DNA of 32,651 nt, from sequence record DRR723986_4861, one strand, 5' to 3'. Under the pieces are notes generated by a model. It did no database searches and was not told where the DNA came from. It saw only the letters and a program-made list of their open reading frames with translations. This document shows, one piece after another, positions 26,384-32,651 of the stretch. Every line of letters begins with the position of its first letter. Position 1 is the stretch's first letter. The position numbers and the translations under genes were made by a program.

Positions 26384-28571
26384 GCTTTCCAGGCCTGTAT
26401 GTTTCTTCAGCAGCAGCGTCAATGTCTGCCGGGTAGAAATAGACAGGCCGCATTTCGCCGCGAGCATAAAGCTCAATCTGGTCATCAAAGTGCTTTGAGG
26501 CCGCGTCACCGCTTTGCCCGCCTGCTGTAACAGCCTTGGCACGCACCTGCTCACCAAACTCAACCACAGCCACAAAGCTATTGCCGCGTGTGCCATAGTT
26601 TTTCTTTGTGCCATTAAACGTACGCTGGCCGTATGCGGCAAGCGAACCCCACCGCGACGACGCAAAGCCCACCGGCACACTTGGTGCGTTGTCATCAAAG
26701 GGCTGAACGATATCGCCGGTTAGACGCTGGAAACGGTTCACCTCGCCCCAAGCCATCTGCCATGTGCCAAAATCAGCTGTCAGCTTTTCTGTCGCCGTCG
26801 TTAGCGCCGAAAGTCCAACCCGACTAGCCATTTCAACCATATAAGCATCGCGGGTGATGCCCCGCGCCCGGTAACCAGCCACACCGGCTGCATCATTGAG
26901 CGCAGCACGCCACACTTCCCGGCCCCAGTAAATGGCCAAGGTTGTTGCAACACTGTCTGTGCCTGACCTGCGGTCCCATGCGCGCAAAGTGTCAATTTGA
27001 TCAGCAAGTGCGGTGCGCGCCGGGTCATTGGCACCGAGCGCATTGTAACCTGATAGCAAGGGCGGCAACAGATCATCAAAAGCAGCTAAGTAGGGGTCAT
27101 ACGCAGCCGAAATAAGGCTATCCAATGTGAAGTCTTTCTTGTCCTTCAAAACGCGCACAGCATTAATGCCGCGATAATTTTCCGGGAAGGTGGCCATATA
27201 AGGCGGAAAGTCTTCTGCCTTGGGGCTGGCTTCGCCAATAACGGAATAGGGCGTGTTATTGGTGTTTTGCAGCCAGCCGGTTTCAGGGTTTAACACGCCA
27301 ACCGTTTCTTCCAGTGTGTGCAGGCGGCCCCATTCGGTGGCTGGGTTGCTGCCGTCAACCGGCTTGGACCAATCAAAAGATGTGTCACGCACCGGAATGT
27401 GGTTGCCGTGGAAATAGGCAATGTTGCCGCTGCTATCGGCAAAGACCGTGTTGTTGGACGAGTTGGTGTGATAGCGCATGCTTTCCACATAGCCGGCATA
27501 ATCCGCTGACTTAGTGCGCAAGTAAGACTGCATCAGCGCCTTTTTAGGCTCGTTCATCAACCGGATTGACTGCCAGCTGTTGCCTTCGCCAGCAATGATC
27601 GGGCCGTGATGGCTGTGGTACACCGTCACCGTTCGCTCAGAAACCGTATCACCGTTTTTATAGGCCAGCGTTATGTCGCTTTCCGTCAGCTTGCGTTCTT
27701 CGTCGCCGTATCGGTAATAAACGCCGTCTGGCTTGCGCACGATGGCCTCGTTGTACCAATCAATGGTATCTGCGCCGCTGCTGGTATGCATCCAGCCGGT
27801 GTTTTCATTAAAGCCCTGATAGATGAAAAACTGCCCCCATGTGACAGCGCCGTATGCGTTCAAGCCCTCATCACTGCGCACATGCATTTCGGCGCGAAAG
27901 TAAAAGCTGGTGTGCGGGTTAATCAGCAGCAACGCATTACCGCTGGCACTGTTGGATGGCGCAATGGCAAACCCGTTTGAGCCACTTGGCTCTGGCGGCA
28001 AGACATCGGTTCGCGCCGCCAGCATATCGACCGGCTTTCCCTCATAAAATGCCTCCAGGCGCTGTAGATTCACCCGTTCAATGTCGCCGCCGATACTGCC
28101 TTCGCTGAAGGTAAGCGCCATCCATGGCTCAAACCGGTTCAGCACTTTCGGCTTCACCTCAGGGTGGGTGGCCAAATAATAATTAAGCCCGTCCGCCCAG
28201 GCATCCATCAATACCTTCAGCCATTCAGGGCTAGACGCGTATTCGGCCTTAATCACAGCCGGGTCGATGAACAAACGCATGCACAGATCTTGGTATAGCC
28301 TGGCTTCGCCCTCTGCTTCAGCCATGCGGCCCATGGCGGTTAGAAAATTCATTTCAATGCGGTTAAAGTCGTCTTCTGCTTGGGCATAGAGCATTCCGAA
28401 GACCGCATCTGCGTCGGTCGGGCCGTAAACATGGGGAATACCCCATTTATCGCGCGTGATTGTAACCCGCTCCGCGATTGCCTGCCAGCGCTCCTGTTCG
28501 GTTTGCTGCTGCGGTTCATTTGAACAGGAAGCCGTCACCAAAACGACAAAAAACAACGCGAAAAATCTCAT
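26376..28571 (-). CDS. Penicillin acylase family (Ntn-hydrolase) lipoprotein
   Basis: ITRDKWGIPHVYG, YAQAED, autocleavage nucleophile GSNGFAI, LLINPH, LQNTN, GNSFVAVVEF. ATG 28571 gives the lipoprotein signal MRFFALFFVVLVTASC. Confidence 0.92.
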   Translation of the reverse strand: MRFFALFFVVLVTASCSNEPQQQTEQERWQAIAERVTITRDKWGIPHVYGPTDADAVFGMLYAQAEDDFNRIEMNFLTAMGRMAEAEGEARLYQDLCMRLFIDPAVIKAEYASSPEWLKVLMDAWADGLNYYLATHPEVKPKVLNRFEPWMALTFSEGSIGGDIERVNLQRLEAFYEGKPVDMLAARTDVLPPEPSGSNGFAIAPSNSASGNALLLINPHTSFYFRAEMHVRSDEGLNAYGAVTWGQFFIYQGFNENTGWMHTSSGADTIDWYNEAIVRKPDGVYYRYGDEERKLTESDITLAYKNGDTVSERTVTVYHSHHGPIIAGEGNSWQSIRLMNEPKKALMQSYLRTKSADYAGYVESMRYHTNSSNNTVFADSSGNIAYFHGNHIPVRDTSFDWSKPVDGSNPATEWGRLHTLEETVGVLNPETGWLQNTNNTPYSVIGEASPKAEDFPPYMATFPENYRGINAVRVLKDKKDFTLDSLISAAYDPYLAAFDDLLPPLLSGYNALGANDPARTALADQIDTLRAWDRRSGTDSVATTLAIYWGREVWRAALNDAAGVAGYRARGITRDAYMVEMASRVGLSALTTATEKLTADFGTWQMAWGEVNRFQRLTGDIVQPFDDNAPSVPVGFASSRWGSLAAYGQRTFNGTKKNYGTRGNSFVAVVEFGEQVRAKAVTAGGQSGDAASKHFDDQIELYARGEMRPVYFYPADIDAAAEETYRPGKRQ

Positions 28572-28699
28572 GGCAAGCCCCCATAAACGACAAAAAATAT
28601 GCCGCATCTTAAGGGCGGTGCTGATGCATGTAAAGCAAAGCAAATGAATGAGAAAAACAACTGCGCTGGCTCTTGTCCGCTAAACTCTGTTTCTCGTTA

Positions 28700-31273
28700 T
28701 CAACCAGAATTTAAAATGCGGTTCGCCCGAAAAAGACGGTCTGCAGCCTGCAAGATTTTGAGGCGGAGCTGATGATTATAATCTGGCCTGTCCTCAAGAA
28801 ATTGCCGCACCGTTTTAACGGCGGTATCGCTGTTATGGGCCGCCAGTGTTCGCGCTGTCCAACCTGCGGGAAAGAAAATGTCCCCGGTGCGCTGAATATC
28901 AACCAACAGTTCCAAACTGGGCAAAATGTATTTTTCTGAGCTTTTGGTCCTGAGCGGGTGGTGCAGATACCCCAACGCCGCCAACACCCAATTTTCTCTT
29001 TCCCGGTTTTCCGCGCGTGCAAGCGAGGCAAAAAATGCGTCTCGCACGGCTTCATCCGCGGAAAGGGCAGGTATCAAAAATTCAAAGCGGGCCTGTTGGT
29101 CCGGGTTTTTAATACGCGCTAACTGCTCAGCCAATATCTGGTCCGCCAAATGCGGCATTTTAACTGCCAAAACCCCCGCTAGAGCTGTTTGTTCCCGCCC
29201 TGAAAAGGATAGGCCCTCGACAGGTATGGTTTCGGTCCAAACGCCGTGTAATTTCTCCAGCCCGGCAGGGGTGGTTGCCATGCCCCTAAACCGGTTGAAA
29301 AATACTTTGCGTGTGCTGGCGGCCCGCTGCGGGCTATTGGCTGCCGACCATAAAAGCGCCTCCATATCACCGGCAACAAGTTGCCGCTCATCAACAGATA
29401 AAAATGACCAAAATATTGTGTTCAATTGGCCCAATAGGGCATCCAGCAACAGCTCATTTTTCTCTCGGTCGCTGACCCGTAGCAAAAACTGCGCATATTC
29501 CAGGGCGCGCACGGCAGGGTCGTTTTCCTGTAGGGCTTCAAAAAGCGCGAGTGTGACTGTGCCCTTTTGTAAGTCATTAAACTCTGACCAGTTTTGCTGT
29601 GTAAATTCAATGGAAGCCGGAAATAAGCCGTAACCCATACCGTTCGCATTGAGTAAAAGCCCTTCACCGCCATCTGTAGATGGGCGTCTGATGTCAACGG
29701 TTGGGGATTCAAAAGTAATGGGTGTTTCCTGCTGCAACGACCCAGCATAAGAAAGAGAAAATTGTTGGGGCCAGAACCGGCCTTGACCGCTTCGGTCATG
29801 CTGGCGTAACCCGAAAACACCTTGCGGATTTTGCCCATCGTCCTCCTCAAAACGAAAGTCTGGTCGGCCGGGGGTGTTGACCCAAACCTCGCTCCATGCC
29901 TTTAGATCAAATAGGGTTTTCTGGTCTAAAATTTTAATAAGATCAGGCCACGTTGCGTTGCCGTCAGCAAACTTGAGAAGATAGTCTCGCATGCCTTGAC
30001 GGAAAGTTTCCTCGCCGAGCAAAGCCTCAAGTTGGCGCATCATAATCGGGGCTTTATTATAAATAATCGCGCCGTATAGGGTGCCTGCTTCATTGAGGTT
30101 TGGCAGATGTTGGCGAATAGGGTTCGCGCCCTCGGTGCGGTCCACTGAATAAGCGGCGGGATAGCGGCTGAGCAGGAAGTTCAGCTCATGATCAATAGCC
30201 GGAAAGCTGGGGTTCACAATTTTTGACGCCATAAAGTTTGCAAAAACTTCTTTTGTCCAAACATCATCGAACCAGTTCATGGTCACAAGGTCACCAAACC
30301 ACATGTGAGCGGTTTCATGGGCAATCAAGCTGGCGCGATTCAAGAGCTGTGTTTCTGATGGGCTTTCATCGAGAAACAAGCTTGATGCGCGATACTGTAT
30401 GGCCCCGGCATGTTCCATACCGCCATACTGAAATGCTGGAATTGCCGCGAAATCAAACTTTTGAAACGGGTAGGGAATGCCGGTGTAGTCTTCAAGCCAT
30501 GCCAATGCGTCCGCATGCAATTGGAAGATTGCATCCATATTGCGCGCGGTTTTGCTGGCGTCAGTCTCCCTATGCAGCAAGGTCATCTCGCGCCCATCCA
30601 CCACCCGGGTTTCGGTATCAAACTTGCCCGCAACAAAAGAAAATAAATATGTGCTGAGCAAATCAGAGTTTTCAAACTCATAAACCACACGGTCCGCTTC
30701 TGCTGTTGCTTGTACCAGCGGCGCGTTAGACAGCGCCTGCCAGCTTGCGGGTACATCAAGTGTCAGTTTATACGTGGCTTTCAAATTGGGTTGGTCAAAA
30801 ACCGGAAAGGCAGTGCGCGCCCGGTCTGGCACAAAAAGCGTGTAAAGAAAGTCAGGCGAGCGATTCAATGAACTGTCGCCTGCAGTGAAATTTATCTCCA
30901 CAACATTGCCGCCAACCTGCAGGCTGGATGCCGGGATAACCAAATGCTCAGTGCGGTGGTCAATGCCCTGCGCTGCCCCGTTTACGGTTACACCGTGAAT
31001 TTTGTCGGCGCTTTCGCGGAAATCAAACTGCAAATCATTGCTGGCTTCCGCAAGCGTGAAGCGCGCCACCTCGAAGGCCTCAATAGGGCTTGCGGGGTCT
31101 TCCTCAACCCTGAATGTCAGGGCATAGTTGATATCTGAAAGAACAGCCGCCCGGCTTTCTGCCAACTGCCATGAAACACCCGGCTCAACGGCCACCTCGG
31201 ATGGCCCGGAAACACTAGAGTTTTGCTCGGTGCACGCCGCCAACAATAATAAAACTACAGCCGTGTATCTCAC
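28700..31273 (-). CDS. M1 family zinc aminopeptidase (aminopeptidase N-like) lipoprotein
   Basis: Lipobox LAAC, FPVFDQP, GGMEH exopeptidase motif, HETAHMWFG followed by the Glu in W-x-KE, IIYNK. Confidence 0.94.
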   Translation of the reverse strand: MRYTAVVLLLLAACTEQNSSVSGPSEVAVEPGVSWQLAESRAAVLSDINYALTFRVEEDPASPIEAFEVARFTLAEASNDLQFDFRESADKIHGVTVNGAAQGIDHRTEHLVIPASSLQVGGNVVEINFTAGDSSLNRSPDFLYTLFVPDRARTAFPVFDQPNLKATYKLTLDVPASWQALSNAPLVQATAEADRVVYEFENSDLLSTYLFSFVAGKFDTETRVVDGREMTLLHRETDASKTARNMDAIFQLHADALAWLEDYTGIPYPFQKFDFAAIPAFQYGGMEHAGAIQYRASSLFLDESPSETQLLNRASLIAHETAHMWFGDLVTMNWFDDVWTKEVFANFMASKIVNPSFPAIDHELNFLLSRYPAAYSVDRTEGANPIRQHLPNLNEAGTLYGAIIYNKAPIMMRQLEALLGEETFRQGMRDYLLKFADGNATWPDLIKILDQKTLFDLKAWSEVWVNTPGRPDFRFEEDDGQNPQGVFGLRQHDRSGQGRFWPQQFSLSYAGSLQQETPITFESPTVDIRRPSTDGGEGLLLNANGMGYGLFPASIEFTQQNWSEFNDLQKGTVTLALFEALQENDPAVRALEYAQFLLRVSDREKNELLLDALLGQLNTIFWSFLSVDERQLVAGDMEALLWSAANSPQRAASTRKVFFNRFRGMATTPAGLEKLHGVWTETIPVEGLSFSGREQTALAGVLAVKMPHLADQILAEQLARIKNPDQQARFEFLIPALSADEAVRDAFFASLARAENRERENWVLAALGYLHHPLRTKSSEKYILPSLELLVDIQRTGDIFFPAGWTARTLAAHNSDTAVKTVRQFLEDRPDYNHQLRLKILQAADRLFRANRILNSG

Positions 31274-31312
31274 CCTGTCTTCTCCCCGATTGGTAGCCGC
31301 GTTTCAAGCGCG

Positions 31313-32521
31313 TTACTGCGTCTGGTTTTCCGCTTTCTGCAAATAGGCTTCGCCCTGCAGCCGCACCATATCAACCAGGTCGCCAAGCACCAAATTCACA
31401 TCAATCAAATGCAGGCCCCAATCTGCGTATAGCTCGCCGTCAACAATAAGGTCGCCGGAAATTTCATCGGTGCGCGGGTCGGCAGGGTCAGCGTTGATGC
31501 TAACCGCAAAATAAGAAGCGCCGCCTTTCTGTTTGCACTGGCCAGACAAAAGCCCCGGCACAGAGACAAAGTTAGTGTCTACGGTAGGGTGCTGTTCGCT
31601 CCAGCTAATGGTGTTTTCCGCGCGTGCCGTTCGGTCCGCCAGCAGTTTACGAGTTGGCACCAAAGCCTTCAGCAATGTTTTACCACCACCCGGCGCTGCC
31701 GGGTTCACGCAGACATTCATTTCATCGTCTTTTTCGGCAAAGCCAAAATAGCCGCCTTGTGGGGGCGGCGCGGTTTCGCGGAAAGACACAAGGCCGGTAA
31801 AGCAGCGGGTGTCGTCTCGCGCTTTGCATAACGGAAAGCTTTCAAACGTACCGCCAGCGCTGCCATCAATTTTCACCGGGGCATTGGCGCCGAGTATATG
31901 CGCGGCAATAATCTGCTCTTCAACCGGCTTGCCATCAATATGGTCTTTTATCAACGTACCCAGCCGATATGAGCCTTGAGAATGGCCAATCAACACCACA
32001 CCGCGCCCGTTATTATAATGCTGCAAATAATAATCCCACGCGGCTTTCACGTCGCTGTCAGCCAGTGGCACATCGCGGTCAATGGACAAGCCCGCGCTAT
32101 CAGACGCCAGCGCCGTAAGCGTGATTTGCCGGTAAACTGGTGCATATAATTTACACACACCACCAAAGCGCGCCAATTGAATGGCGGCAACGCCGGTTTC
32201 CTGAATGTCTACATCCCAGTCGCTATTTCCGCTTAGGTCGGTGGACACCGTTGGGTAAATATAGAAACAGTCTATAGGAGCACTTGGGTCTGCGGCGAAA
32301 GGCTCAACCACCGCGCTGCCGTCGGCGTTGATGATAGTGGTGGACCAATCGCCCACGCAGGCATCAACAGTGGCGTCTGTCCGGCCCGGCAAGCATAACC
32401 ATTTATCGCCGCTGGCATAAATATTGTCGCCGGTCTCGGGGTCAACCGGCGGGTCAGAGGGCCCACTGCACGCCGCTATGAGTATCCCGCACACAATAAT
32501 ATTTACGATTCCAATTTTCAC
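31313..32521 (-). CDS. DUF3089-like alpha/beta hydrolase lipoprotein
   Basis: Lipobox IAAC, WLCLPG, DCFYIYPT, YAPVYRQ, LIGHSQG, CVNP, WGLH-x2-D. GGAGG RBS before the GTG start. Confidence 0.85.
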   Translation of the reverse strand: MKIGIVNIIVCGILIAACSGPSDPPVDPETGDNIYASGDKWLCLPGRTDATVDACVGDWSTTIINADGSAVVEPFAADPSAPIDCFYIYPTVSTDLSGNSDWDVDIQETGVAAIQLARFGGVCKLYAPVYRQITLTALASDSAGLSIDRDVPLADSDVKAAWDYYLQHYNNGRGVVLIGHSQGSYRLGTLIKDHIDGKPVEEQIIAAHILGANAPVKIDGSAGGTFESFPLCKARDDTRCFTGLVSFRETAPPPQGGYFGFAEKDDEMNVCVNPAAPGGGKTLLKALVPTRKLLADRTARAENTISWSEQHPTVDTNFVSVPGLLSGQCKQKGGASYFAVSINADPADPRTDEISGDLIVDGELYADWGLHLIDVNLVLGDLVDMVRLQGEAYLQKAENQTQ

Positions 32522-32591
32522 TGAGTCCTCCCAAGCTATTCCTTACAGACCTTAACTTAGGCTAAAAATCAGTTTTGGGGAGACAAGACAT

Positions 32592-32617
32592 AAAAAAACC
32601 GGCCACTAGGACCGGTT
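32592..32617 (-). terminator. Rho-independent terminator downstream of the tRNA
   Basis: Minus strand AACCGGTC-CTAGT-GGCCGGTT followed by a T run, 5 nt after the tRNA CCA. Confidence 0.85.
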
Positions 32618-32622
32618 GTTTT

Positions 32623-32651
32623 TGGAGCGGGCGATGAGATTCGAACTCACG
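32623..32651 (-). tRNA. tRNA 3' end, probably tRNA-Gly (truncated by window edge)
   Basis: Minus strand CGTGAGTTCGAATCTCATCGCCCGCTCCA: T-arm GTGAG-TTCGAAT-CTCAT, acceptor strand CGCCCGC, discriminator U and encoded CCA, typical of Gly. Anticodon not visible. Confidence 0.85.

Noticed and set aside
28926-29633. 235-aa plus-strand ORF
   Set aside because: Antisense to the M1 aminopeptidase, Ser/Ala-rich shadow composition.
32592-32651. tRNA 3' end as the att site of a genomic island
   Set aside because: Its terminator follows directly, and I saw no integrase or second copy of the tRNA end. The truncation is explained by the window edge.

Overview
Bacterial chromosomal region, probably alphaproteobacterial (inferred from the tRNA-Gly acceptor stem and gene content), with about 25 genes and no integrase, transposase or CRISPR array. 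In order: (1) a minus-strand MacAB-like exporter operon (periplasmic adaptor, ATPase and at least three ~800-aa permeases, the last cut by the window edge). It has a sigma-54 promoter, an IHF-like site and three tandem TGT-N10-ACA boxes, and faces a divergent NtrC-type regulator and histidine kinase. (2) An Lrp regulator with a divergent atypical tryptophan 2,3-dioxygenase-family gene. (3) A LysR regulator with a divergent GlcG/HbpS-family gene and a secreted alpha/beta hydrolase. (4) A compact phosphonate (C-P bond) biosynthesis locus: pepM-ppd, a divergent class I/II PLP aminotransferase, a TPR/ATP-grasp-like protein and a secreted unknown protein. None of the usual downstream AEP/HEP genes are in the window, and this is the most interesting feature. 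(5) An esterase and a MerR/zinc-ribbon/helical-repeat module. (6) Three lipoprotein hydrolases (amidohydrolase, Ntn acylase, M1 aminopeptidase) and a DUF3089-like lipoprotein. (7) The 3' end of a tRNA-Gly with its terminator at the right edge. All calls come from motif recognition by eye; no database searches were run.
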